49,009 nucleotides of DNA from an archaeon (lineage in GTDB: Archaea; Nanobdellota; Nanobdellia; Pacearchaeales; GW2011-AR1). The first letter of the stretch is position 1. Each line of letters starts with the position of its first letter. This document shows positions 16,405 to 26,292 of the stretch, piece by piece. The notes beneath the pieces were generated by a model that worked only from the letters and a program-made list of their open reading frames with translations, was not told the DNA's origin and made no database searches. The position numbers and the translations under genes are program-made. Location: the NCBI GenBank assembly GCA_043810285.1, contig JBDROH010000019.1, positions 1 through 49,009 of the forward strand. Direction: 5' to 3'.

Positions 16405-17331
16405 CTAGCCCGTAAGACCTGTGATAACTCCAGATAATATTTTCCCTACTGCAAGGAAAATACTCAAACTTAAAATGAGCATTATTGGGAGATATCTTAA
16501 CCCTTCTTTTTCATTCCCCTTACCTACAAGTCCCAAAACAAGTGAAGCCATAATATTCATTACAATTATGAATACTATAGAAAAATAAAAAACAAAATCA
16601 ATAGATATATTTATCGTCGAGAAAGATACTGGAAGATTCTGGGGTAAAGATTCTAGACTAATGCCTCCCATAAGATTTGTCATAGTTTCAACTAAAATTC
16701 CTGAAAGCGAGAAGAGTCCTGGGGCAAAAATTGAGACTGCTAAAAATATAAATATAACATACATTAACACTTGAGAAGCAGCTTTCTTTTCGATAAACTC
16801 TCTTTGTCTCATATTTCTAGAAGTCTCTTCTAATAAAATTGCTAAATTCCCTCCTGCACGAATTCCAGAAAAAATTATCAGAAAAGTTTTCTCAACTTTT
16901 TCAGAACCAATTCTACTGGACATAAATTTTAATGCAAGCTCCACTGGTTTTCCCGTAGAAATATCTTTTCCCGTCCGGAGGATTTCTTCATCAAGAGGAG
17001 CGAATTCTGGTCGAGAACTCAAAAGGATAGCCCTATCTATTGTCATTCCAGCCCTTAGATTGCTCGCAACCAATTGTAAGAAGTCCGGAAAAACTCCTTC
17101 TATCTTTGTTATTCTGGCAGATTTCTTCAAGGAAGTCATAAACTTAAAAGTTAAAAACGCTACTGTAAACGCTACTGCAAAAACCACTCCTGCTGAAAGA
17201 AGATTTCCATAAATAGCAAACACAATCAGGCTAATAAGCATCGCAATTATTCCTGTAATTCCTACATTTTTTCTTTCAATCATAATCTCCTCCTTACTCA
17301 ATCTAATCTTAATCTTTTTTTCAAGACTCAT
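16405..17331 (-). CDS. T2SSF-domain platform membrane protein (TadC/FlaJ-half-like)
   Basis: FPDFLQLVASNLRAGMTIDRAIL...GKPVELALKFMSSRIGS...IRAGGNLAILLEETSRNMR plus flanking TM segments. Confidence 0.7.
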   Translation of the reverse strand: MSLEKKIKIRLSKEEIMIERKNVGITGIIAMLISLIVFAIYGNLLSAGVVFAVAFTVAFLTFKFMTSLKKSARITKIEGVFPDFLQLVASNLRAGMTIDRAILLSSRPEFAPLDEEILRTGKDISTGKPVELALKFMSSRIGSEKVEKTFLIIFSGIRAGGNLAILLEETSRNMRQREFIEKKAASQVLMYVIFIFLAVSIFAPGLFSLSGILVETMTNLMGGISLESLPQNLPVSFSTINISIDFVFYFSIVFIIVMNIMASLVLGLVGKGNEKEGLRYLPIMLILSLSIFLAVGKILSGVITGLTG

Positions 17332-18209
17332 AATAAGCTCGGCCTCTTTGATTTAATTAAACCTAAAAAGATTATCTGAAAAACAAAAACAAAAACAAAA
17401 AGTCCAAGAAATATTCCCATCGTAAGATTTTCCTCAAGACCTATCATCGAGGCGATAACTGTAATGAAACTAACTGACAATGCAGGAACGATTACAGATG
17501 TTAACATATACATCATAACTAGTGGATTCAACTTATTCCCATAATTTTGAATCTGAATCATTTGTTCTTCGTTCAACATTTTTATATTCTCTCTTATAAT
17601 CATAGACATATCACTTCCAGCATTTAATCCGTTGCTGATTTGCCAAAGAGTTCGTTTAAATAAAACGGAATAGCTCCTTGCACTAATGTCTGCCAGAACC
17701 TCTGCTTCCGGTTCTCCTGAACCAATTTTCTTAACTACCTTCTTAAATTCAACACTTAACTCCCCATAATCAGAACCAGAGATATTGGTCAAAATATCAA
17801 ACAAGGGAATTCCAGAATCCAACTGAATTAAAATATCTTCTAACGCAAATATAAGATTCTTCTCAATATCTTTCTCCTTTTTAGAAACAAATACTCGTGG
17901 ATAAGCGAGCTGACTGAATGAGACAGATATCGCAAAGATAAAAGCAAGACCAAAACTTAAGATATAAAATAGATTTATACCTATAATCACAAAAATCGCA
18001 TTAAATAAAAAAAATAAAAACACAAATAAATTTACAAAAGATTTAAGGACAATTCCAAGATATTCTTCACGAGTTAAATTAACATCGACTCCTTTAAGGT
18101 ACTCTCCCAAGGAAGACTCTTTCTTATGTCTAAATCTCGAAGAAAAAAATTTCGCATTAGCCTTTAACCTTGTTATAGTGGAGGTTGTAAAAGGAATTAT
18201 AAATTTCAT
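17328..18209 (-). CDS. T2SSF-domain platform membrane protein (TadB/FlaJ-half-like)
   Basis: LEDILIQLDSGIPLFDILTNIS...GSGEPEAEVLADISARSYSVLFKRTLWQISNGLNAGSDMSMIIRE. 4-nt overlap with the downstream gene. Confidence 0.7.
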   Translation of the reverse strand: MKFIIPFTTSTITRLKANAKFFSSRFRHKKESSLGEYLKGVDVNLTREEYLGIVLKSFVNLFVFLFFLFNAIFVIIGINLFYILSFGLAFIFAISVSFSQLAYPRVFVSKKEKDIEKNLIFALEDILIQLDSGIPLFDILTNISGSDYGELSVEFKKVVKKIGSGEPEAEVLADISARSYSVLFKRTLWQISNGLNAGSDMSMIIRENIKMLNEEQMIQIQNYGNKLNPLVMMYMLTSVIVPALSVSFITVIASMIGLEENLTMGIFLGLFVFVFVFQIIFLGLIKSKRPSLL

Positions 18210-18298
18210 TAGTGGAAATTTTTAGATTTTTGATCAGTAAGAACTGTTTCATTACATAATCTTGACCTAACTACCTCCGAGGTTTTAGTTATCATCTC

Positions 18299-19846
18299 TT
18301 AATTCTCCTCTTTAAACATCTTCACATTGTTTTGCCTAATCTCTTTAAGAAGGTTGTCTTTATTTGAATAATAATGATTCATTACTTTTCCAAAATTTTT
18401 CAAACTTCTTATTTTATTTTTCATCAACCAGGTTATGATATGCCTTTTTTCTTCAAGATTCTTTTCTAATTCTGCTTGAGTCATCCCTGTATTTTTTGAT
18501 ATCTCTTCAAAAAATCTTGAGCTTTCCGAATGCTTAATAATCTTATCAACTTCAGGAATCCATCTATAAATGATATTAGCTTCTGCTCTGTCTCCGCTAG
18601 TATTAAATTCAGCAACTTGAAATACTCGTCTTATTCCCTTCCGCCTATCCCTAAACATAACAACATTCAAATTTACTGCATTAAGAAGATTCGCAGGAAT
18701 ACTCAATGGAGGGTTTATCAGTCTGGAGATAGTTTCTGTCGCGGAATTTGCGTGCATTGTAGCATAAACCGAATGACCTGTATGCATTGCCTCAAACAAT
18801 ACCATCGCTTCTTCTTTCCGTCTCATCTCTCCCAAAACAATCCTGTCTGGCCTCATTCTCAGAGAATTAACAAGAAGATCAAGCATAGTAATCGCACCCT
18901 TTCCTTCCGGATTTGCACTTCGAGTGACCAAGGGAGTCCAATATAAAAATTCTGGAAGCATTAATTCTCGAGTATCTTCAACACTGATCACTCGATGATT
19001 TGGTGGGATAAAAGGCATACATGCATTAAGAAGAACTGTCTTTCCCGACGCTGTACCTCCAGAAATAATAACATTCATTTCATATTCTACTGCAAGCCAT
19101 AGCAGTGCCGCAACTCCTAAATCACAAGTTTTGTTCTCAATCAAATCAACAATAGTATACGGGTCTCTTGCGAATCTTCTAATAGTTATAGTATTTCCCT
19201 TAGTGCTAATAGGATAAAGCACGGCATTAACTCTATCTCCCGAAACTAAATGTGCATCAAGTAAAGGACTTAGAACTGTAATCTGTCTTCCAACTCTTCT
19301 TGCAGTAATATTTGAATAATTAATAATTTCATCTTCTCGATTTATAGTAAGATTTGTCGGAAGCCAACCATACTTTTTATGAAAAATCATTATAGGTTCT
19401 TTTGAAGATGGAATTACAATTTCTTCTAAATTAGAATCATTAATCAAAAACTCAATTTCTCCCAAACCCAACATATCCTGCATCAACTTATTAACGAGAA
19501 TTTTCTTGGTCTCCGGAGCAAGAGTAGGAATCTTTCTTTCAAGAAGATCTTCTGCCTCCTTCACGAATTTTTCCCTAATAGCATCAACAGCATTTGGGTC
19601 AACAATTTCTCTCATTCCTACCGTCGTAGCAGTAATTAAATCATTTCTAATATCCTCAAGCAAAACCTTCGTAGCAAGATTAATCTCTGGAACTTTTAGA
19701 TTATAAGTTGTTCTAGTTTCATCTTTTTTTATTTCAACATTTATATCGATTGACTTAGCTGAGGTTATTACATAACTCTCAAGAACCTCTTTCTTAAAAA
19801 AAATCTTCTCTTCCAACTTTTTAACTATATTAACTTTGCCTTTCAT
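18299..19846 (-). CDS. type IV filament assembly ATPase (FlaI/PilB/VirB11 family)
   Basis: Walker A in ISGGTASGKTVLLNA, then VISVEDTRELMLP, RMRPDRIVLGEMR and the His box EAMHTGHSVYATMHA. Confidence 0.9.
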   Translation of the reverse strand: MKGKVNIVKKLEEKIFFKKEVLESYVITSAKSIDINVEIKKDETRTTYNLKVPEINLATKVLLEDIRNDLITATTVGMREIVDPNAVDAIREKFVKEAEDLLERKIPTLAPETKKILVNKLMQDMLGLGEIEFLINDSNLEEIVIPSSKEPIMIFHKKYGWLPTNLTINREDEIINYSNITARRVGRQITVLSPLLDAHLVSGDRVNAVLYPISTKGNTITIRRFARDPYTIVDLIENKTCDLGVAALLWLAVEYEMNVIISGGTASGKTVLLNACMPFIPPNHRVISVEDTRELMLPEFLYWTPLVTRSANPEGKGAITMLDLLVNSLRMRPDRIVLGEMRRKEEAMVLFEAMHTGHSVYATMHANSATETISRLINPPLSIPANLLNAVNLNVVMFRDRRKGIRRVFQVAEFNTSGDRAEANIIYRWIPEVDKIIKHSESSRFFEEISKNTGMTQAELEKNLEEKRHIITWLMKNKIRSLKNFGKVMNHYYSNKDNLLKEIRQNNVKMFKEEN

Positions 19847-19850
19847 TTAA

Positions 19851-20612
19851 TCACCGCTTTTTGGATTTCTTCTCAATCTTTTTTATTTTCTTAATCTTTT
19901 TATTCATTTTTCTAGCCCTTTTCTCAGCTTGTTTCCTAATCTTTAGAATTCTTTTCATATCTTTTTTAGAGATAACTTTCTTAACTGAAACAAATTCTTT
20001 ATGGGAAGAATTCTTAATCTCCTCTTCCACCTTTTTTTGCTCTACATTCTTTATTTTCATAACATTATCTTTAGATAAAGATTCATCTCGATTACCCTCC
20101 TCTAATAATCTCAAAACTGGTCGTCCAAACCCAGGGTAATCAATCATCGCAAGATCTCCATTTTCTAATATCTTGGACCACTCCAAAGCAATCTCTGGAT
20201 TAACCTTGAATACCTTTCCAATATCCCCTATGTCTATTTCCTTTTTATGTTTTAATATTTCATATAAAGTATCAAGGTCAGTTCTAGATTTAGTACTCTT
20301 TTTATTTATAAAATCATTCTTCAATAATTTTTTCTTCGATTTTAATTTTCTAACAATTATAAAAAAAGATATAACAATTACCAATAGCAAGAGGAATTGA
20401 AATGCTATAAATATCCTATGATTCACCGAACTCACCTCATAAAACCCTCCGATTGTTTCTCCAATAGAATTTCCCGATATAAGATTTATAGGATTCTCAA
20501 CTTGGTAAAGAAGATACGCACCATTGACTATAACTAAAAACACGACCATCCAAACTCCGGTAAAAACTATATCTCCTTCTTTTATCATTTTAGTAATATC
20601 CTCATAGTTCAT
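19851..20612 (-). CDS. membrane protein with a cytoplasmic winged-helix-like module and a poly-Lys tail. It is the first gene of the ATPase operon, and its start is uncertain.
   Basis: Two TM segments, then LDTLYEILKHKKEIDIGDIGKVFKVNPEIALEWSKILENGDLAMIDYP. The C-terminus is KKIKKIKKIEKKSKKR. Confidence 0.5.
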   Translation of the reverse strand: MNYEDITKMIKEGDIVFTGVWMVVFLVIVNGAYLLYQVENPINLISGNSIGETIGGFYEVSSVNHRIFIAFQFLLLLVIVISFFIIVRKLKSKKKLLKNDFINKKSTKSRTDLDTLYEILKHKKEIDIGDIGKVFKVNPEIALEWSKILENGDLAMIDYPGFGRPVLRLLEEGNRDESLSKDNVMKIKNVEQKKVEEEIKNSSHKEFVSVKKVISKKDMKRILKIRKQAEKRARKMNKKIKKIKKIEKKSKKR

Positions 20613-20696
20613 AAACTCTCAATTTTATAAAGATATTGTTTAATAAAATCAATAAGAACTTTTATTAATCTAATCTTCTAACTAGGCAGGTAAGAG

Positions 20697-21131
20697 ATGG
20701 TATCATTTAAAGAGAAAAATGCACAGTCAAGTATGGAGTTTTTAATCTTGATGGGATTTCTAACATTTGTTATAATTGGGATTTTAGGTATCGGGTATTC
20801 TTATAGTGGTACTACAAATGATAGAATCAAGTCAGGTCAAATTAATAGCTTCGCAAATAAGATTATATCGACTTCTGAAACGGTGTTTTATGCAGGAGAA
20901 CCCTCAAAAGCAACTATTTCTGTACGTCTTCCAGACGGAGTTCAAGATATAGAAATAATCAACGATACTCTCGTAATCACATACTATTTAGCAACAGGAC
21001 AAAATAAGATTTCTTTCTCAAGTAATGTTCCTATAGCTGAGAGCTCTACGGAAGAAATTTCTTCAGTTTCAGGTATAAAAAATTTGATTATTGTCGCTAA
21101 TTCAACTCACGCAGTAATATCTCAAAATTAA
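20697..21131 (+). CDS. pilin-like protein with a class III signal peptide
   Basis: KNAQ/SSMEFLILMGFLTFVIIGIL. Confidence 0.7.
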   Translation: MVSFKEKNAQSSMEFLILMGFLTFVIIGILGIGYSYSGTTNDRIKSGQINSFANKIISTSETVFYAGEPSKATISVRLPDGVQDIEIINDTLVITYYLATGQNKISFSSNVPIAESSTEEISSVSGIKNLIIVANSTHAVISQN

Positions 21132-21132
21132 A

Positions 21133-21528
21133 ATGGAGTACAAAAAAGCTCAAGTCAGCGTAGAGTTTATTATTATCCTTGGAACGGTCTTCTTTTTTGC
21201 TTCAATCTTTCTCTTAGTGATTCAAGAGAATATGAATGATAAAACATATCAAAGAGAGAATCTTTTGGTAAAAGAAATTGCATTAATAGTCCAGGACGAA
21301 ATCAACCTTGCACTTCAATCAGGAGACGGATACCTCAGAGAATTTGAACTCCCTCAAAAGGCTGGAAATATAGACTATGAAGCTAATATAGAATCAGGAA
21401 TTGTCTATATCAAAACAATAGATAATCGTCATGCACTAACTCTTCCAGTAGCCAATGTCGTAGGAGATGTAAACATAACAATGAATATAATTAAAAAAAT
21501 TGATGGAGTAATTTATCTTAACGCATGA
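21133..21528 (+). CDS. pilin-like protein with a class III signal peptide
   Basis: KKAQ/VSVEFIIILGTVFFFASIFLLV. Confidence 0.7.
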   Translation: MEYKKAQVSVEFIIILGTVFFFASIFLLVIQENMNDKTYQRENLLVKEIALIVQDEINLALQSGDGYLREFELPQKAGNIDYEANIESGIVYIKTIDNRHALTLPVANVVGDVNITMNIIKKIDGVIYLNA

Positions 21529-22034
21529 GAATTGAAAAAGGAGGACAAATATGGGGTTTTGATATTTTAACAGGAATAGTACTCTTCTTAGTAGGGATAA
21601 TTGTGTTCTTTGTCTATTCTTTAAATCAACCTAGTGAAGCTCAAGATAATTTTGAATTCCTTTTTTATGATGGAAAAATTATCGCAGATAATTTAATGTC
21701 TTCAGGTTATCCCCTTGATTGGAACTCAAGTAATGTAATCACTTTAGGAATTAGTAGCGAAGATAAAATTAATGAAACCAAACTAGAAAGACTCTATGAA
21801 ATGATTTATACCGAAAATAACTATACACTCACAAAAACTTTATTTAACACACAGTACGACTATTATTTTTTCTTAGACCAAAATATGACAATCAATTCTA
21901 TAGAAGTCGAAGGAATCGGAAAGCCTGGAGTTACAAAAGATAATATAGATGCGAGAAATCTTATCAAGATAACTAGGTTTACCATTTATCAAAATAAAAC
22001 TACCTCACTTTATATTTACATATGGGAAGAATGA
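21525..22034 (+). CDS. pilin-like or minor-pilin candidate with an N-terminal hydrophobic helix
   Basis: EKGGQIWGFDILTGIVLFLVGIIVFFV. ATGA overlap with the preceding gene. Confidence 0.55.
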   Translation: MRIEKGGQIWGFDILTGIVLFLVGIIVFFVYSLNQPSEAQDNFEFLFYDGKIIADNLMSSGYPLDWNSSNVITLGISSEDKINETKLERLYEMIYTENNYTLTKTLFNTQYDYYFFLDQNMTINSIEVEGIGKPGVTKDNIDARNLIKITRFTIYQNKTTSLYIYIWEE

Positions 22035-24544
22035 AAATAAAAGCTCAATTTTTTACGATAGATGCACTGATTGCGTTAATGATAATCTTGATAACAATTA
22101 TGATAGCATTGCCGATACTAAATCAGTCACAACAAGATTCTTCAGTTTCCAAAGATATTTTACAATCATTGGGTTCATTAAAAATTGGAGAACTTGATAA
22201 CAATTATTCAAGACAGCTAATAGATCAAGGATATATCTTGGATCCCGCTAAATCAGTCATAGACCAAATAGGTGAGTTTTATATAACCAACATAACTATC
22301 GCAGAAAGATTAAGTGAGGAGGTTTTGTCTTCGGTAAATCCTAATGAAAACATAGGAATATGGTATGGTAGCAAACTTCTAGCTTCTAAAAATATAACTC
22401 CTCTTGAAACCGCAGAAAATATTTTTACCGAAAGACAAGTAATTAGTGGAATAGGTGGGGGAGATGGAGTCACAGGATTCTCGGCAAGGGCATTTCTTTC
22501 AAGTAATGTCAGAACAAATTATATTTATTTTGGAGGTTACGTCGGAGAAGGAAATATAAGTGTATTAATTGATTATCAAGGAGGTATAAGTGCTGCAAAA
22601 ATAGAACTAGTTGTAAACAATGACTTTGAAGTTTACATCAATGGAGTAAGCTCTGGAAGCTTTTCAAAATCAGTAGATGATTTCACTCCAGTAGACTATA
22701 GTCTCAACACAACTAACTTTACCTCTGGACAAAATATTGTAGAAATAAAAGGTACCAACTTACATGTAACTGGAGGATTCATCAAAATTACTTATGACAG
22801 TTATGTTACTTATGAACAACCAACAAGATACTATTTCCCTGGAATATCTGGAATCATCAATCTTTATGACGGGTTTTATGTCCCTGGAAACCTAACTGGA
22901 TTAAGCATCTCAATTCATTTCAACAATTCCGTAGATACATTCCTAAACATTGGAGGTACACAAGTTTTCAACGGTTCCTCTGAAGGAGAAGTAATTACCA
23001 TAACAAACTTGACACTTGCCTCATTACTTAATTATACCGAGTTAAGCAAAAAAACCATTCCATTAAGATTCGGAATGGAAAATGTAAATTATGTTACAAA
23101 CAACACTCGAGACATTGATGTTTTTTCTGTTACAGATATATCTGGAAGTATGTTGCCAAGTTGTAGCGGAGTAAGTCCATGGTATTGTTGTTGGTTTAAA
23201 GACTGTAGTACTGAAGTGGGATGTGCAAGTTGTGGAGGAACTCTCGAAAATAAAATTCAAGATGCCAAGGACGCTAATAACCTATTTATTGATATGATTC
23301 TCAATGCTACAGGCAACAGAGTAGGATTATCTGCTTACTCAAGTAGTGCATTAGATTCAAACTATCATCCCCTCTCAAATAATAATGTTTCCCTAAAATC
23401 TGAAGTTGGTTCTTGGAGTGCAGACGGATTAACTTGTATTTGTTGTGGAATAAATAAAGCAGTCACAGGAATCTTAGCGGATTCAACAATAGATAAATTT
23501 CAATCTATTGTAATAATGAGTGATGGGGATGCAAATGTGCAATGTTCAGAACAAGGAACTGGAAATGCGAATCAAGATGCTATACAATCTGCTTGTGATG
23601 CTTACAACGACCACGGAATAAAAGTTTATACAATTGGATTTGGAGAAGCGGCTAATGTGCAAACCCTCACAAGTATGGCTTCCTGCGGTAACGGTAGTTT
23701 CTACAGCGCCATTGATAACTTAGCAGATATATATGAGAAAATCGCAACAGAATTAATAGAGACAGCATATTACGAACAAACTATTGAGGTTACGGGAGAT
23801 TTCTTTTCACAACTTTATCCCGACTCCTATATCGAATTTGACTATGCAAAAGAAAATCCCCCAATAGGGCTCATCACAACAATAGAAAAACCATTTTCAA
23901 CATCTGATGGAGGAACCTTTGACATACCAGAAAATTCTGTACCTTTAGAAGCAAATGTAATCTCTTATTCAGGACCTAAATGGACGAGCAACGTAAATCT
24001 AAACGGTAATAATATTTTTAACTTAAGTAGTTATGAAACAGAATTCCTAAAACTTGGAGACCCCTATACAATAAATATACCTCTATCACTTATTCAAAAC
24101 AACAATACCTTAGAATTAAACACCGGTCTCTCATCATCAAACACTAGCACAGGGTCAATTAGCAATAAGATTATTTACACAATATCTAAGAAGCTGGCAT
24201 CTTATACTTCCGTCTCAGCTACCGCCGAAGGATGTAGTTGGAGTGTCCAATTTAATGAGTATAATTTAACAATGTTAATTCCAAATGATTATCAAGGTTC
24301 TACAAATTGCAATTACGGAGATTCAAGCACCGAAGGAATATATTGCGGAATTTATTCTGAATGTGAGGGAGCAACTGATGCAGTACAAATCGCAGTTTAT
24401 AATATTTTCAAACTATTAGATTTCGATTCCGACGGTAAATTAGATGTAGATCTTTCTGAGGACGACCTACAGATTAGCACATCAAATTTAGAAGGAGTCC
24501 CCTTTCTTTTTTCAACGGAGGTACAAGTTAGAAAATGGTATTAG
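22022..24544 (+). CDS. large pilin-like surface protein with a von Willebrand factor A domain, a candidate tip adhesin
   Basis: N-terminus KIKAQ/FFTIDALIALMIILITIMIAL. vWA MIDAS DISGS at 23135-23149. Also VGLSAYSS, IVIMSDGDAN, VYTIGFG, and many N-x-S/T sequons. Confidence 0.8.
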   Translation: MGRMKIKAQFFTIDALIALMIILITIMIALPILNQSQQDSSVSKDILQSLGSLKIGELDNNYSRQLIDQGYILDPAKSVIDQIGEFYITNITIAERLSEEVLSSVNPNENIGIWYGSKLLASKNITPLETAENIFTERQVISGIGGGDGVTGFSARAFLSSNVRTNYIYFGGYVGEGNISVLIDYQGGISAAKIELVVNNDFEVYINGVSSGSFSKSVDDFTPVDYSLNTTNFTSGQNIVEIKGTNLHVTGGFIKITYDSYVTYEQPTRYYFPGISGIINLYDGFYVPGNLTGLSISIHFNNSVDTFLNIGGTQVFNGSSEGEVITITNLTLASLLNYTELSKKTIPLRFGMENVNYVTNNTRDIDVFSVTDISGSMLPSCSGVSPWYCCWFKDCSTEVGCASCGGTLENKIQDAKDANNLFIDMILNATGNRVGLSAYSSSALDSNYHPLSNNNVSLKSEVGSWSADGLTCICCGINKAVTGILADSTIDKFQSIVIMSDGDANVQCSEQGTGNANQDAIQSACDAYNDHGIKVYTIGFGEAANVQTLTSMASCGNGSFYSAIDNLADIYEKIATELIETAYYEQTIEVTGDFFSQLYPDSYIEFDYAKENPPIGLITTIEKPFSTSDGGTFDIPENSVPLEANVISYSGPKWTSNVNLNGNNIFNLSSYETEFLKLGDPYTINIPLSLIQNNNTLELNTGLSSSNTSTGSISNKIIYTISKKLASYTSVSATAEGCSWSVQFNEYNLTMLIPNDYQGSTNCNYGDSSTEGIYCGIYSECEGATDAVQIAVYNIFKLLDFDSDGKLDVDLSEDDLQISTSNLEGVPFLFSTEVQVRKWY

Positions 24545-25467
24545 GAAAAAGGGGGATGATTTTCACAATAATCACAATAACTCTATTGTCGTTATTTGCA
24601 GTTTCATATGGTGCATACAATTTAATCCAAGACCGTTCTGCGATAAACAAACGGATAAATACTCTCAATAATTTCGTCGCTTCTGTTGAACAAGATTTAC
24701 CACGACAAGTATTCATTTCAGGTTATCGGGCAGTATTTTTATTTGATAAAAAAATCTTGGACACAGGTTCTTATATAAATAATGTAAACTCCTCATTAAA
24801 TGAAATTTTTTTTAATGGCACTCTCGACGGAGTTCATCAAGATTTAATGGAAGATGCAACCTTCACAGCTATGCAAAACTTCCTAGCTGGAAATGCTAAC
24901 AAGATTAATGCAGATATAGAACTTCTAAATCCGGAAATAACTCTGACACAAGAAGACCCTTGGAATCTAAAAGTTGTTTTAAACATCACACTTATAATTG
25001 AGGACAGGGGAAAGTTAGTTAGCTGGAATCGATCAGCATTAATAGAATCTTATATCCCTATAAAAGATTTTGAGGACCCTATTTATTCTACAAACACTTT
25101 CGGAAAGGTTACTAATAAAATAAATCAAACACCTTATTCTACCTTTGTAACTGAAGGAGATTATACAAACCTTACATCGCATTTTGGAAATTCTTACTAC
25201 ATCGCATCAACGTCAGCTCCAAGTTTCCTAAACAGATTACAGGGAAATTTAATTGCAAATCAAAATGGAATAGAGTCATTAGTCAATCCTCAAAAATTAA
25301 TTGACCAGGGAATTTCGGTGAAATATAAATCGGTCGTAGACTATATTTACTTTTCATCAGATGATCCTCAAAAATATACGGTTCCTACAATAAGTAATTT
25401 AATTTTAGATAACGAAGACAATCATTTAGCAACATACAATGTTTCGGGAGTAGCAGTTCCAGTTTAA
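24535..25467 (+). CDS. pilin-like or filament-associated protein with an N-terminal hydrophobic helix
   Basis: KRGMIFTIITITLLSLFAVSYG. 10-nt overlap with the vWA gene. Confidence 0.55.
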   Translation: MVLGKRGMIFTIITITLLSLFAVSYGAYNLIQDRSAINKRINTLNNFVASVEQDLPRQVFISGYRAVFLFDKKILDTGSYINNVNSSLNEIFFNGTLDGVHQDLMEDATFTAMQNFLAGNANKINADIELLNPEITLTQEDPWNLKVVLNITLIIEDRGKLVSWNRSALIESYIPIKDFEDPIYSTNTFGKVTNKINQTPYSTFVTEGDYTNLTSHFGNSYYIASTSAPSFLNRLQGNLIANQNGIESLVNPQKLIDQGISVKYKSVVDYIYFSSDDPQKYTVPTISNLILDNEDNHLATYNVSGVAVPV

Positions 25468-25585
25468 TCACTTCTTAATCCTCTAAGTTTTTAGAAGGAT
25501 TAATTCCACCAAGATTTTTAAACTTCTTTTTCTAGAGATATTCTAAGAAGATGGATAAGAAATTTATTTTGAGTTATCCATATAC

Positions 25586-26257
25586 CTAAGATTTAAATTC
25601 CTCACTCAAAACACTACCATGCGTAGCCCCATTAATCTTGTCATAAAAATCAAATATTAATGCCGTCGGCATCTCTACAATAATTTGCAAATCTCCATTA
25701 TTCTCCCATTTTTCTTCAACCATAAATTCCTTCACAAGTCCATACGCTTTCCCAGTATGAATCGCAGGGATAGTTAGTCTAACTTTTTTCATCTCAATTT
25801 TTATTGGCAATACCCTAGAAAGCTGGTCCATAATCTCTCCAATCTGGGATTCAATAGGTTTGTGTTTAACATTGACATTTGCCTCTTCTAAGGCTTTCAT
25901 AATTCTGTCAGGAGTGTAAGGTCGACCTTCTGCCGAAACTGCATTTCTCGATAAAAAATCAACAAATTGTTTGTAATTCTGTTCGTGATTTGCCTTAATT
26001 GAATCAGCTGTCCGAACAACTTCTCCATTCTTGATAATTTTTTCAGCAACAGTCAAAAAATCATCACTACCAAATGCTTCTCTTAATTCATTCTCAGAAA
26101 CGTGCTCTCCAGATTTTAGATTATGAAAAACTGCATTCGTTAAAACTGCAATACTAAGATTTCCATTACCCTTCCGAACTTTCATCGCCTCCTCCAAGTC
26201 CACAAGAATCTCAAAATGCTTTCCATCTTTCGTTATTCGTGCAACAGTGTTTGTCAT
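25586..26257 (-). CDS. sdo1: SBDS/Sdo1-family ribosome maturation protein
   Basis: ARITKDGKHFEILVDLEEAMKVRKG at the N-terminus. Conserved position next to psmA. Confidence 0.85.
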   Translation of the reverse strand: MTNTVARITKDGKHFEILVDLEEAMKVRKGNGNLSIAVLTNAVFHNLKSGEHVSENELREAFGSDDFLTVAEKIIKNGEVVRTADSIKANHEQNYKQFVDFLSRNAVSAEGRPYTPDRIMKALEEANVNVKHKPIESQIGEIMDQLSRVLPIKIEMKKVRLTIPAIHTGKAYGLVKEFMVEEKWENNGDLQIIVEMPTALIFDFYDKINGATHGSVLSEEFKS

Positions 26258-26292
26258 ATTATAAATAAGAATCTAAACTTTATTAATCTTCC

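Noticed and set aside
25468-25585. Inverted repeats between the convergent pilus operon and sdo1 (ttaatcct...aggattaa and ggataa...ttatcc)
   Set aside because: These are short AT-rich stems of 6-8 bp in an AT-rich spacer. They are plausibly termination-related but too weak to call as features.
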